A DNA stretch of 64,000 nucleotides from Dimorphilus gyrociliatus (Eukaryota; Animalia; Annelida): assembly GCA_904063045.1 (NCBI GenBank), contig CAJFCJ010000006.1:930001-994000 (forward strand), given 5' to 3'. This document shows positions 1 to 14,503 of this stretch, piece by piece. Each line of letters starts with the position of its first letter. Position 1 is the first letter of the stretch. Below the pieces are notes generated by a model. The model searched no databases. It was not told where the DNA came from and saw only the letters and a program-made list of their open reading frames with translations. Both the position numbers and the translations under genes were made by a program.

Positions 1-1863
1 GCCCGCTCTCCTTTTCTCCTTCGATTTCCATAGCAACGGACGGCAGTCGCTTAGAAATATAATTCGTTGCTGCTCTTGTCTAACGAAGCTTATTTATTCT
101 GAACCATATAGCTCTACTTTTATCGATTTTCGATATATCTTGCTTTTTTCCCTTCTTGCTGATTGATAGTCAAAGCAAGATGATATTAAAAGGGAGGCTT
201 AAAAATTACTATCTTCATTACAGATTAAATATTCTCGTACTTCAATTCAAATTTAGTCCAAATTTGGTAAATTCACTATGAGACAATAACAAATACCTTA
301 TCGCAATCAATTTCCTGAATACCCTAATATATCATTGGATATGTTACAATAGCTTTTTAAATCAGGGTTACTCAGCTCAAAAACACATTCTAGCCCTGTT
401 GTGTATCACACGTTGAGAGTTGCATGATGAACTATTATTTTTGCATAGAAACTTGTTTCACTATGCTGCTGTAATGAGAATTATCGATTCGAGTTACATC
501 AAGCTATTTTATAATTGCAGAATATATTTTTTAACATATGCATATCTAGCTATATACAGTATTGTCATATTTGTTATACAAGTGAGTTAACTTCTTAACT
601 TTCATTTGTTGAGCTCACGTAAACGAGATAAATGTACTACTCGAAGAGAAATGACAGATGATTCCTGATCAATGAGCAGATAATCAGGACTTGAAGCGAG
701 CGTAACAGAGACTCTAAATAATTCTAGGCATGAAGAGTGTTTGTAAGCGACGAAAAAAGCAAATTTTTTTAACTCTAAAAGCAGATTATAATCTTTATTA
801 CACTGCTAATTTTCACAATTTTTTTATTTAAACATAATATGATAGAATAATATTGCTAAGTACTGAAGATATATATTTTCCACATGTATTCGATGAATTC
901 TGTGCCAGAAGTCATTATCCTTAGGATAGATAAGTAATGCTAGTTATATAAATATCCAGAACAACGACACACTCGAGATAAAATAATGGAAAATATTTAA
1001 CATCTATTATTGTAAGAAATCGATTTTTATCAATTCATAAGTATTCAATAGCTTTAATTTGTTCTAGTTTTTATCACAATGATGGCTGCTACAGATTGTT
1101 TTGGTGATTTACAAATTACTTCTTTGTACTGCGAATATTGATATTATTTAAGCGAAATTATAGGGAGACTAGTCATCTTAAATATCACAATAATGTAAAG
1201 GAATACGAGATATCCCTTCTTTTCTATATAATGAGATAACAAAAATATGAAGGCTTTAGTGCAAATACTTATATTTTATAAACGTTGAAAGTCATTTTCT
1301 AGTTAACAGTCACAGCATAAATAAATACAAATAATCCCTTATTTGCATAATGAATGATTCTTTTGATCTAAAATACAATAAAAAAAATGACTACGAAATA
1401 AAATTTTCGAACTTGGATCAATCATAATTAATTTTTGTATTAAAAACTTTAAAAAACTATACAAATTTTTTTCTTTTTTGTAATGCTATCAACCTTGTAT
1501 TATCAGTCTTATCTCTCGAGTGCAAAAAAATACGATTGCATAGACTTTTTATTAATATTAAGTTGTTAAATATAGATAAAGAATCTAATTTCGCATATTG
1601 ATAGCATATTTATACTAACTTCACTAAATTTTCCATTAGAAATGTTTTCAGTACTTAATTGTTTTTTTTACACATTTATCTTTGTTATTTTTAAACTATT
1701 CTTTTTGTGTAGATTTTTAAGCCTGTATCAAAACGAGTTATAAGTTATCATCCAATTAATAATATACATACACGCATTTAATGTAATATTATTTAAGATT
1801 CGACAAATAGTTTTATCTTCTTTACAAAACAAATTATCTTCGGTTAAAACGCGATTTTTGCAG

Positions 1864-4564
1864 TCCGTATATTGTGGACACATCGGGTTGGAATTCATGT
1901 TCATTAACGACATGGAACAGTGTAATTGGATAAAGCAAAAGTTCGAAACTCCCCAAAGCATGCAGATATCTGTTGAAGATAAACGGATTTTACTTGATCG
2001 ACTAATCAGATCCCAAAAATTTGAAGAATTTTTAGCCCAAAAATTTCCAGCAGAAAAAAGGTTTGGCTTGGAGGGATGTGAAGTATTAATACCTGCCATG
2101 AAACATGTTATTGATATCTCATCAGAAAAAAATGTTGAGTCTTTTGTTATTGGAATGCCCCACAGAGGCAGATTGAATGTACTTGCAAATGTTTGTAGAA
2201 TACCGTTAGATCGAATTTTTTGTCAATTCGATTCAACATTGGGGTCGAGTGATGAAGGTTTCAACTTTTTGTCCTTTCTTACAAATCATATAAATTTCTA
2301 AAATATACTTCGTTTTTAGGCTCTGGAGATGTAAAATATCATTTGGGAATGAACCATGAGAGAGTCAATAGATTAACAAACAAGAAGATACGATTAGCAG
2401 TGTGCGCTAATCCTTCACATCTTGAGGCTGTCGACTCTGTAGTTCAGGGTAAGACCAGAGCCGAGCAATATTTTAGGGGAGATACAAAACGGAAACAAGT
2501 TATGCCCATTCTTCTTCATGGTGATGCGGCTTTTTCTGGTCAAGGTATTGTCTACGAAACCTTCCACCTTTCAGATCTTCCAGAGTATACAACAGGGTAG
2601 ATAATCAATTAATAAGTAAAACTATTTGCCAGTAATTAATAAGCTCTTTCCCTCGCAGAGGTACAATCCACATAGTCGTAAACAATCAAATTGGATTCAC
2701 AACGGATCCAAGACATTCAAGATCTTCACCATACTGCACTGATGTTGCTAGGGTTGTTAATGCTCCAATTTTCCATGTAAATGCGGATGATCCAGAGGCC
2801 GTCATGAAAGTTTGTCGCGTTGCATGCGAGTGGAGAAATCACTATGGAAAAGACGTTGTTATAGATTTAGTTTGCTACAGAAGAAATGGCCATAATGAAA
2901 CCGATCAACCTATGTTCACCCAGCCTCTTATGTATAAAAAAATTCATCAGATGGAAACAGTTATGAAAAAATATAGCACAAAATTAATTGCTGAAGGTAT
3001 TGTTTCTGACGAAGAAGTTAAAGACAGAATTAAGATCTATAATGACATATGTGAAGCGTCATACGAAAAGGCGAAAGAGGAGCCAGCAGCAAGAAATAGC
3101 AACTGGTTAGATTCACCTTGGGATGGCTTCTTTCAGAAAGCTGACTCAATGACATTACCTAAAACTGGAATTGATGATAACCAGATAAACCATATTCTTA
3201 CAAAATTTGGTAGTTACCCAGAGGACTTTAATTTGCACAGTGGCCTAAAGAAAATATTAATGAAAAGATTAACCATGCTAAACGAGGACAAGAAAACGGA
3301 CTGGGCCATGGGAGAAGCTTTGGCATTCGGTTCATTACTAATGGATAAAATTCATGTAAGATTGAGTGGACAGGATGTTGAAAGAGGAACATTTTCACAC
3401 AGACACCATGTTTTACACGATTACGAAATTGACAAGAAAACTTATTTGCCGTTGAACAATCTTTCAGATGATCAGCAAAAATACATCGTTTGTAATTCAT
3501 CCCTTTCTGAATTTGGTGTCTTGGGTTTTGAATTAGGTTATTCAATGCAAGACCCATACACTTTAGTAATATGGGAAGCCCAATTTGGTGACTTCTCAAA
3601 CACTGCTCAATGTATCATTGATCAATTTATAAGGTAAGTTTTCAAGAGTGATCTTCAGTCTCTAATTAAATGATAATTCTATTGTTAGCTCCGGACAATC
3701 TAAGTGGGTTCGTCAGACTGGTATCGTTCTGCAATTACCTCATGGCTATGAAGGTATGGGTCCGGAACACTCGTCAGCTAGATTAGAGAGATTCCTTCAG
3801 ATGAGTAACGATGATGAAGACCATTTCCCTGTGGAAGGAGATGACTTTGAAATGCAACAATTGCATGATATAAATTGGTTCGTTTGTAATCCTACAACAC
3901 CTGCCAACCACTTCCACGTTATCAGGAGGCAGATAGCTCTCCCCTTCAGAAAACCACTTATTTTAATGACCCCAAAATCTTTGCTTCGACTCGCCGAAGC
4001 TCAATCTCCCCTTTCGGACTACGCTAAAGGAACTAGATTCCAAAGGTAAATATAACTTATTTTTCTTCAGAATAACAAAACACAATTCAATTTTCAGAGT
4101 TATACCTGAAAATGGTGTAGCAGCAGAAAATCCTCAGAAAGTACAGAGGCTAATTTTCTGCTCTGGAAAAGTGTATTATCATCTAATAGGGGAGCGTAAA
4201 GCAAAATCTGATATTGCTATCTCTAGAGTGGAGCAAATTTCTCCTTTCCCATTTGATCTAGTTAAGGCTGAAATATTGAAATATCCCAACGCTGAAGTTG
4301 TATGGGTTCAAGAAGAACATAAAAACATGGGTGCTTGGTCTTATGTTGAACCAAGATTTTTGACCGTAATGAAAAACTTGCAAAAGGAACCACAAATAAG
4401 GTTGTAAAGTTAATTGATTTTGTGCAACATAAGTATAACTTACTTTTATCATTTTTATTAGGTATATTGGTCGCCACTGTTCACCTTCAACCGCTACTGG
4501 ATATAAAGCATATCACATAAGAGAACTTGGCCAATTTTTGCAAGATGCAATGAAATTAGAATAG
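1864..4564 (+). CDS. OGDH: 2-oxoglutarate dehydrogenase E1 component, 3' portion (about the first 200 aa lie upstream of the window). Exons approx. 1864-2257, 2320-2596, 2659-3633, 3689-4045, 4098-4400, 4462-4564
   Basis: Spliced translation gives [62 protein letters not shown] (TPP binding), [56 protein letters not shown]; five GT-AG introns of 52-62 nt restore the frame; stop TAG 4562-4564. Confidence 0.97.
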
Positions 4565-5039
4565 AAGGTGATTAATTACCAATTCAAGTGTGCTGTCATC
4601 TGCAGAAGTTTTTCTTTACTTTCGTTTTGAAAAATGAAGTAACAACTAATAAAATACGTCTTTTAAATCCCAGAGGGATCTTAAATTGCACAAAACCTGT
4701 ATTTTAAAGTTGAATTTTTATGTATTATTTCCGTTTGAACTAATATCATCACTATGTTTCTCAAATTTTAAAAGAGAAATTTCACCGATTGATTTTACAA
4801 CCTGTACATTGAAAGTCTATCGAACTTTGATGAAACTAGCATAAACTTGATGGCTTGAAGTTAGACATACTAATAAACAAGAAAACAAGAGTGACTTCTA
4901 AATTCTCTCCTAACTAATTACGCTCTGCTTATTAGTGGCTTAAGATTTAATAAATCAGAGAGTCTCTATAAAAAGAAATTTAAATAACAAGAGATACTTT
5001 TTTAGAGATTTTAATAGAGCTTTTTTTTATAAGTAATAT

Positions 5040-8000
5040 TATATTAGAAAAAGACTTGTTGTCGATTAATTCAACGGAAGAAGACTTTGAGAAATGTAAA
5101 TAATATAGTTTTATTGACAATATTTATTATAAATTACCATTCTATTTAGAGTTCTATTGAGTTTATTCATAATATTATTGGTGACTTCAAATGAAGAGTA
5201 ACTGTGTATATGATCATCTATTTATGATGATCGTTTTTTTTTCAAGTTGAAAAGATAATATTTAGTATACATTTTAGTGTGTCCACTATCTTTAAAACTG
5301 GAATTCTCATCATTTAAATAATCTATACGGCCACTGTCTAAATCTTCATTTGTTGTCTTATGTGATGTTTTTTCACTCTTTCGATATTCTGTCGCATGGC
5401 TGTCTGTCTCTGTACCTTGAAATTGAATTTCTTTAGTGTCACTCTCGGCTTGATTAGTTTCGTTATCTACATACGCTTGGGGGGGAATGTTACGATTTGC
5501 ATCGTCCTTATTCGAAAACTGGGCTTCAGTTATTTTCTGCACTTCTTCAGGACTCGATTGTTTACTTAATGATTTATCTCTTGATTTTCCTCCACTGTAT
5601 TTGGAATCATTTTCGCAAATAATGTCACCATCACTTCCTCGACTGAAATCATTTTGTTCCAAGTTGTAAACTTGCGAGGATTCCTTCTGATTTTGTTTCT
5701 TTGCAATAATTGGAAGTCGAATGGAACTATCGAACAAACGCTTCGAATTTTTCAATTTTTCGACTAGTTTCTTGAGAGTTATGGCCTCGTTTTCGGTTAA
5801 TTTGGTGTAATCGAGCGGTTTCGGTATAATTAACTCTCCATTGGAGCACTTAACTTTTAATCCAATAGCCTTAGAAGACAAAGTTTCAAAGACCAATCTG
5901 TCGGCTGTCTTTACGTCTGAGAGATTAAAGACAGCAGGTTCGAAGTCTAAGAACAATGGAGAATGTTCACACTTATGTAGTAGATCATTTAATAGTGTTT
6001 TCTCTTCATTAGGTAGACTTGTAGTGTTCATTTTTATTTTAAGTATTATTTTACAATTATCACTTTCCTCTACGCAAATATCTGGAATTGTCCTAAATAA
6101 TTGGACAACAGCTATTCTTTCAACGTTTGTTAAATTCTCTGTATTAATAATTTTAATAATTTGACTACAATCAGGGCAATCAATCTCTTGACAAGAGCAA
6201 TTAAACGTTGTAGATGAAATTGGAAAAGACCATTTAACGTCCTTCTTTTCTTCTTCATCTTCTTGTGATTTTATTGTGCTTTCTTTGCCTGATTTTTTTA
6301 TTTCGCAACTCTCCGATACCGTCGGTTGCTGACCTCTATCTTCAGAAAGTAGTATTGTACTGCCATCTTTCTCTAGAACTAAGAAAATAGAATTGACATT
6401 TAAAAACGATTCTAATTGTTAATGATAAGTTTTTAGGATTTATTCTACCGTTATTTTTCCATTGTTGTTGACCAGTGTCTGTAATTTTATATCGAGCAGG
6501 CATTGAATAACTTCTAACTTGCTTATTTTCTTCTAACTTAGGAACGGGCAATGATTTTCTATATTGAATCTCTGCTTTATCTTTAATATATTTCTTTCGT
6601 TGTTTAAGATCAAAATCATCTTTTCCGCCTTCAAGCCTCTTGTGATTGGACTCAAATTTGTTCAGTTCCTCCAAGGAAACTGTCTGAAGGTGTTGACCTT
6701 TATTACTAGTCGCATTGCCTTCAGTAAAGGGGACAGACGTTTCAGTTTCTGCTCGGATGCCTATTCGTTCGTTCGAAAAGGGCTGTTGACCTTCTGTCCT
6801 TTCACTCTTTGCCATTGACTTGGCATGTAATGTAACATTTTTTCTCGTATCCAATAAATAGATTTTTCCACAAGGCAATTTAATGGGTGTCGTCTGATCA
6901 CAACCAACGTAAATAACATCGTCTTCCAATTCTTTATGAGCTAATTGATTAGTACTAGGCCTATCTGATTGGTGGCTATAAGCCGGAGGCGGACCATTTT
7001 TCTTGCATTCTCCGCTCTCACTCTCTTCAGCATCTTCAATGTCGTTCTTAGCTCTCAAGCTTTCTTCATACCCTTTTTGTTCCGCTTTTATCAAATACTC
7101 ATCTTTGTCTTTTACGTTTACCCTTTCATTCATTTTTGGTTTACAACTTGTAGAAGTTTTAGCCCCGTTATCTGAGATTATAACATCTCTGTGACAAATT
7201 TCGCGCGAGCTATCAGCAGTTTTTAAGTGAATATTTAAATTTGTATGAATATCCCATTCCATTTTGAGGGGAAAGCTGTTAAATATTTCTTTTTGCTGAG
7301 GAAGTGATTTAGACTTTTTCCTACCTTTTCCACCCCTTTTCCTTTTATAGTTTCTGCTCTTTGATCGCTTTTTATCAAGCAATTTCTTTTTATTCATTAC
7401 GGAGTCTTCATCATCCTCGTATCCCTTTAACGATGAAACCTCGCTGAACACAGTAGCGTCTTTGTCAAAAGCTTGTTTTTTATTTTCAGGTTTTAGAATG
7501 CTTCGCTTAAACTCTGTTGGAGAACTTCTGTGTTCCTCATTTCCCAGTCTATTCTTTTCATTATTACTACTTGTCAGTAGAAACTTGGCATTTCCCTTTT
7601 TACAAGCTTCAGATTTATCTGTATTATTAAGATGATTAGCTTTTGTTTGTCCTACTCTTCTCTCTTCATCAGTCTTCCGAGCGTTGCCAGGGAGGAACGA
7701 ACGTATAGAACCTTCACCTATAATTTAAAAGAAGAATAAATAAATAAAACATTTTTGCATAAAAAGCATAAAAGATAAAATTAATGGAAAATTGATAATA
7801 AAATACTTTCCCTCTTCGTTAAGGCTTTGACATTCATCTTTTTCCGCTTCATCTGCTTGTAATATAAAGAAAAGAATTACATTTTATGGTTTATATTTCA
7901 TTAGCATTGCTTTCCTTTCTATTATTAACTAAAAGAAATATACCTGATAATAGCTCTAGTAATTGATTTATTGATATCCTATTACTTTCTATAGCTTGGC

Positions 8001-9308
8001 TTATTTGCAAGAGAGCGTTATGCGCTCTTAAAATTTCGTATTCCTTCTCCTTTAACAGTTTATAAGCTAATTGGATAGTATAGCAACTCTTTTTTGTTGA
8101 TATTTCAATTATCACAGTGATTAAACTAATTATTTGATAAAAAAGAGAAAATAATTTATAGCTTTAAACTTAATGAGTAACTTTTAACCTTCCAGAAAGA
8201 ACTGTTTTTATACAATTACTTTTGTATCTTCTCTCGTATCCTTCACTATCGCATTCTGGTTGGATTGCAATATCACCCCATATCTCATCCTTAACCTTGC
8301 GAAAGATTATCATCATTCTTCTCCATTTACTCGAACCTTCGTTTAGACCTTTACATAGGTTGGTTGGCTTAATTAAAACATGTACTGGAGCGTCTAAAGG
8401 TAGAATAAATTGAGCATCTATTTCAATTTCGCTAGTAGGTGGTTGATATGACGGGTTTCCTTTTGATAAGAAAATATTCTGTATCAACTTATTGCAGTTT
8501 GGATATTCATCTATGTTTATGTTATCTCGAATCATGATCAATTTATCAATTACGCTTTTCAGGGCATCTAATTTTGTGGTTTAAGACTAATTATTTTCTC
8601 TAATTAGACTAGACTTTGGTACAATAATTGACCTAATTTTTCCATTATACAACATCAATATTAGTGTCAAACCACACCCCTTGCGTATTAAAAGCTATTT
8701 GATTCTCTATAGTTTCAGTTGAAGATAAAATGGAAACATCTTTAGACGACGATGATGATAGAGCGGGAACATTTTCAATTCCGTTCTCTCTAATAAGCGT
8801 TTCCTTCCAGATAGGCCTACCAGTTTGTGGGGACGTTGTAAATTGTTCCTTGTCCTTATCTGTTACTTTTTCTGATCTACTTTCTCGCTTTTCCCTTTTA
8901 GAATTTAATAATCTATTATCAGATTTGAACTGACAATAATTTCTACAGCACTTGAGTAGTTTCTCGTCCCTTTCTATTTCCTTTAAAAGCTCATTTACTT
9001 TCTTGCAACATTGAGAGCCTTTTTGTTTCTCATAACCTATATAATTTTAAAGTCTATGTATATAGATATATATATACTGTATATATTACTTATTAATCTA
9101 CTTAAAGTATCAATCTGACATAAATATAATGATGACTACTGCTTTATTAGAAAATTTTACCTTCATTTGTTACTCTAAACTCCTTCATCCTCCTTATTCT
9201 TAAAGGCCGATATTCGTTATTCATTTTATTAAGGCGTCTAAGTAATTTATCGGAATACTGTCTCTTATTCGTTGTCTCGTTATCGATATTTAAGTTCTTG
9301 CCGTCCAT
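5040..9308 (-). CDS. Large multi-exon uncharacterised protein (roughly 1100-1200 aa), mostly low-complexity and charged; exon boundaries partly uncertain
   Basis: ATG at 9308 (MDGKNLNID...), exon 1 ends GAAG|GTAAAA at 9161 and joins in phase to TATAG|GTTATG at 9036. Long open frames at 8170-8541, 7891-8115, 6342-7721 and 5222-6380 join through AT-rich GT-AG introns (e.g. about 6381-6448). No recognisable family motif; the 3' end is approximate. Confidence 0.7.
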
Positions 9309-9909
9309 AATCTCTTCATGATATTTTTTTTTCCCTTTATTTAAAAATTCCTTTCATTTTGTATTATCTTTTAACCAAATATTTAAATTTAATTAATGAT
9401 GTTAATTATGGTGTTTTTTTTTAATGACGAAAAAAAAAAATTAAATAGATCTCTTTAGAAGATGAAAAACCTCCTCTGCCCCCTCCCCCTTCTATAATAC
9501 TGTATATACAAAAAACAGGGATTGCTCGATAGAATACGTAATGGATATCGACGTCTATCTTACATACATATCACGCTTTTCAATGTAAACAGTTAAATAA
9601 GGTTCAAATTAATGGTATTTATGGGTTCTTTTTCCTTACTCTATTTACTTTATACAGTTGAAACCAATATAAAATTATATAACAAATAGAAGCTTTTAAC
9701 GATTTTGTACAATTTTAATGAATAAATTTAAACATTTAATTTCTTTATTTAAAAGTTTATTGTGACGAAAAAATTGTTTTGATGTAGTTTTTTTTTCTTC
9801 TTCTATGTTTCTTTCTCTCTTTATTCATTCATTTTTCTTTTATTATTCAACTGGAATGTCTGCAGGGATGCTTAAGAAAGAAGAAAAAAAAGACATGCTA
9901 AAATTATGT

Positions 9910-12900
9910 TTATTTCTTTCTTCCCACTCTTCTAATGTTTCCCAATTGGAGTCTTTGAACTAATTTAGAAAAATCCATTGTTACTTCGTCTTGTTTACTG
10001 TCGATTGTCTTTAATTCTTCTTTATCAATCTTGAAGATAGAGTGAAATCAAATAGTGGGATATATAGTCAATAATGAATGGAAATTACTTACTTTAAAGA
10101 CCCAGGATAAGTATTTTAGCATAGTTTCTATCTCGATTTCAGGATCAACGATAGAGAAAGCTTTCTTCAGAGATTTCACGCTAACAGGGCTAAATAAAGA
10201 AGGAGTAGAAGATGAGCGAATAATTTAAAGAACTATGAATAATTTTTTTTCTATAATAAAGCAACTAAGTGGATAAAGCTTTTGAATCTAATTAACTCTA
10301 AGGTATGGTGTAAATAGTACAAAACTGTTTAATACATATTAATACTATAAAGGTATACAGTATATACAAAAAAAGGGCGAAATACCGATATTGTAAGGAA
10401 CTAATTAAAGAAAAATATTAGAACGGAAAACATCATTCTTTATAAGTAGTCATTAATATCTTATCCAAAGAGGTTAAAAGAGCTAAGCAAAAACAGAAGG
10501 GGTTATTCCGTCCTAATATTTCGTCTTATTCATAAATATTTATATAAATATATAAAGCAGAGATTAATACGTATTTATCATCGTTATCGATATCATTACT
10601 CATTTATTATTCTACTATTTCTAAGCCTATATAACGATTGAATTTTATCCTAGGAGAATATTCATCTTTTTACCGCCTGGGTTAGGCCTATATACCTGTG
10701 TTTCTTTATAACAGATCCATCTCGTTTTCTTTTAACAAGTTCATTGATTTGTTAAAAAAGAAAAATTTTTTGTTGTTTAAAAAAGAAAAGAGAAAAAGAA
10801 AAATTATTGAAGAAAAATTCGAGAAGAAGAAGAAAAAAAATTTTTATAAAAAAATTTAATCATGCAACTTTCAGTTGAGTTTTCCTGTAAAAAGAGAGAA
10901 AAGAAAGAAAATCGATTGTAACTCACTTTTCATCTTTTAGTTCCGTTTTTAAATCATCTACATAATTCATTCTTTCAGTTTTTAGTAGTTTCAATATTTC
11001 TTCGCAAAAAGTTCCCATTCTGCCTTCATCGTCTTCCGTGAACAAATTACTATAATTAAAACCTTCTGAAGAATCTTTAGGCATATCAAGATCGCTAATA
11101 GCCGCCTTAATACAATTAGAGATTTCATCATCATTCCAGCTAGGAAATTGCTCTTTGAGAACTTCTTGAATCTCTTCACGATTTAATTGGCCGCTTCCTG
11201 CATTGTTTGAATCAACTTTAATAAAAGCACTTCTAATATTCTCCAACAGTTCGTAATCGTAATGGTACAACTCTTCGTCAGCCTATAAAAAGATACAGTT
11301 TTTTTTTGTTTCAATATGAATATGGTTTATACTGAATTTAAAATCCCTTACATCTCCGCTTAAGATAAAACCAAACAATCCAATCTTTTGGTCGTGGCTG
11401 TATCTTTGGCAAGCATCTCTCATATTATAGGCCCACTCAGCTACCATGGATTCGGCAGGAAATCGACTGTTTAAGTAATCCTTGACAAAATCTGCCATAT
11501 TACTTCTAATATTATCATCGTTCTCACTATCCTTAACCATTTTTTGTCTCCAAATATCTTTTATTAATAGGGCAGCGTCCCTCTTTCCCAGCCTTCTATT
11601 ACGAACCTTTCCTTCGTATTGTAAATAGCTAGGTATAAGCTCGCTCGTTCCCAAACCGTCAAAATATTCAGCTCCCGTATTGTCGGAAGAAGCGGCTCCG
11701 GATATTTCATTAAGGAGAACCTTAACCTTCTGCTTGCTTGTTTTTCCATCTGACAATTGTTTCCAACGAGTGGCCCCACCAGCAACATAATCGGCACAAG
11801 ATTCCCAGTCTGGACGAGGTGTTGCGCTTCTACGCAAACTTTCAGCATTAACAAAGTATTCATCTCTTTCTTCTACAGTCTTCTTGTAGAGATCATCCTG
11901 GATTCTAGGTACATTTTAATAAATTACTATTCATTTTGTTAATAATATGCAATAGTCCTTACTGGCGTTCCTTAAGGGCAGTATTAAAGTCCGCTTTCAA
12001 TTTTTGGTGAAGAGCAATTATATCCTAAATATTTAGAAGGATAAATAGAAATAAGACAATGATATTATCTATTCTATAATAGCCCATTTACCTCGTAATC
12101 CTTTTGCAATTTTTCCATGTTTCTTCTCGGAATAACATCGCCGTAATTAGCAATCATTTCATTGAGTCTTTGAGTAGCTGAAGCTTCATCTCTTCTAGCT
12201 TGTCTTTTTTAATTAAAAAAAGAGGCTAATTTAGCATTCAACTCGAAAGGTTTAAAGTAACAATCATGTCAATAAATTGCAAGTATTTAAACAATCTTAT
12301 AGATATATATGTTTAATACATATATATATAGTATATGCAAATCCGCTATCTAATTAATAAATATCATGCATATAATAAAACATATAACTAAAAACTATAA
12401 AAGCGTTACATTTTGATCCTTCATGTATATAATCAAAACCAAAAATTGTATATACATGATATAGAAAAGCTGGTGAAAATCGATATTGAAAAAAAGTAGG
12501 AGACGCTTAAAAAAGACGTTTCCAAAAATAAAAAAATTAATATATTCTAAATTTTTGATAAATCTCACTCTGATATGTCTGTAAAACTGTCTGTTTCCAT
12601 TGAGATGCTAGATCTTACATGAAATATACATAAGATATATAAACACCAAAATCTAATGTAAAATTATACTTTAAAAAGTTAAAAGGAGACAAAAAATTCT
12701 AGTAATCCGTTATCACATTATTCTTTGCTAATCCCTCTTCTTAAAGAAAGAAAGAAAGAAAGAAAGAAAGAGAAAGGCATCGGAATATTAAAATATATGC
12801 AGTCGCTTAATTATTAAGAAAGACTATTTAATATCTTAAAGCTGAATTAAATTCAATATGATCTTTGTTTAAAGAATAATTTACAACTTACTGTAACGCA

Positions 12901-14131
12901 GTTCTTAGGAAGACTGGATCATTCTTTAACTTTTCTTCTTCATCTTCCTCCAAATCGGGATTCTGTTTCATACTATCCTCTTGTTCGTAACGTAGATTAT
13001 TATATTCGGTTATAAGTAATTTACGTTCGTCACATTCATCTCTATATTGTAGATACTGTACGGCCAATTCGTCCTGAAGTTTTTCAACTTGAGATTTCAA
13101 TTCTAATTTTTCATTGTTTATTTCCGATATTTTCTGATATAGACGGCTATTTTCCCCTTTCAAATCTCTAATTTCTATAATTTAGGTTCGAATTAATATT
13201 TTATATTATTATTTTAATATTTCAAATTAAAGATAAAAAAAACACAGCAATAAAGAATAATTAAAAGAGGAAATCAATTATTTTTCTTCATAAAAAACGA
13301 TAATAAATTACCTTGTTTCTCTTCATCTCTAATAGCCATAATTTTCTGATCGCATTGTTCTGAAACCGTAACAATCATTTGCTTCAGAGGTTCTAATTGT
13401 CTAATTACATTTCTCTGATAGCTAAGCATCATTTCATATTCATTCTTAATCGCTGACAGGAGAGGCCGATAGGTGCGAAAGTCTTCAATTAAGTATTCAA
13501 AAACTTCTCTATGTGCTTGCAATCTTAATTCACTTGGGCCTACTTCGGTAACGCCTAGAGCTTGTAATTCCTTTTTTAGATATTTTTCTAATTGTTCCAA
13601 GAATTTAGGCTTTGGAACATGAGATATTGTTTTCCCACTTGATTCATCAGTAACCTTTAATTGTTTATCTTTTGTCAAGCTAACAGCTATTGGAACTGTA
13701 CGAGAATTATTTGCATGAGCTGGCCAAGTATCTAAAGCTCCTGATTGAGTGTCGACGTAGGGCTAGGATCATTAATCAAATACATTATTCATTATTTCGT
13801 CTATATAATCGTATAAAAATATATCAATTCTATTTATACAACATATATAAACATTTCTTGTCAGATAAATTACTTTAGATATTTGATTTAGGTAACAATA
13901 TGAAACTTTTTTTTTCTACCTTCATTGTGGATGGCGGTGGAAGTTTATATTTGACATCGCTATTTCCAATTTTATACGATGTGGACTTCTTGCTGGTGGG
14001 CGAATTTGGAGAATTTTCATCTCTAAACAATCATCAAATAATATAACTTTTAAAATATAACTTTCCATCTACTTTTAAGATACATACGGTGAAACAGGAA
14101 ATAATCTAGCTACAACCATATGATCCGCCAT
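9910..14131 (-). CDS. TSNAXIP1: Translin-associated factor X-interacting protein 1 homolog (coiled coil, EF-hand-like C-terminus; ciliary/sperm-associated)
   Basis: PKPKFLEQLEKYLKKELQAL, HREVFEYLIEDFRTYRPLLSAIKNEYE, RSATPRPDW, YFDGLGTSELIPSYLQYEGKVRNRRL, AEWAYNMRDACQRY, NYSNLFTEDDEGRMGTF, KAFSIVDPEI match the family from memory. ATG 14131, stop 9910-9912; several junctions checked for phase. Confidence 0.85.
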
Positions 14132-14232
14132 TATTTCAGTTTTAGAATTTCTTCTTTCTTATTAAAAAAAAACTAAATTGAAATAATTTTCGTAATCTCT
14201 CCTTTTCATTTATTTTTCCGCCATGTTAAGCT

Positions 14233-14246
14233 GTTGCTGTGGTAAC
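14233..14246. promoter_or_regulatory. RFX X-box-like motif GTTGCTGTGGTAAC in the TSNAXIP1/JMJD6 divergent promoter
   Basis: Imperfect palindrome close to GTTNCCATGGNAAC, about 100 bp upstream of the TSNAXIP1 ATG, the usual position for ciliary-gene X-boxes. Confidence 0.6.
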
Positions 14247-14503
14247 ATTAATACCGCACTAAAAATTTAGGAATTGAATTTTACAACTTGATTCTTTTTC
14301 TAGCTCTGTAATAATTTTAAATACTAGTTTAAAAAATTAAAAAAAATTACAGTTTACATAACCGGAAATCAATCCTGGCTGCCACCATATTGAAATCAAT
14401 TTCAATCCGCACGTTTATTGAAACTGTGAAATAATTGTTGGGCTATATTATTCTCTTAATAATATATAACTATAAATTGACAATAAGAAATTCCTGTTAG
14501 CGA

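Noticed and set aside
1148-1174. LSEIIGRL resembles OGDH LREIIRRLE (possible missing or alternative exon)
   Set aside because: In-frame TGA at 1139, no upstream OGDH similarity and no good splice sites; likely chance.
10860-10926. Strong acceptor 42 nt after the TSNAXIP1 donor, giving a short alternative C-terminus (KKTQLKVA*)
   Set aside because: The implied 42-nt intron is shorter than others seen here (about 50 nt and up) and would remove the conserved C-terminus; unsupported without reads.
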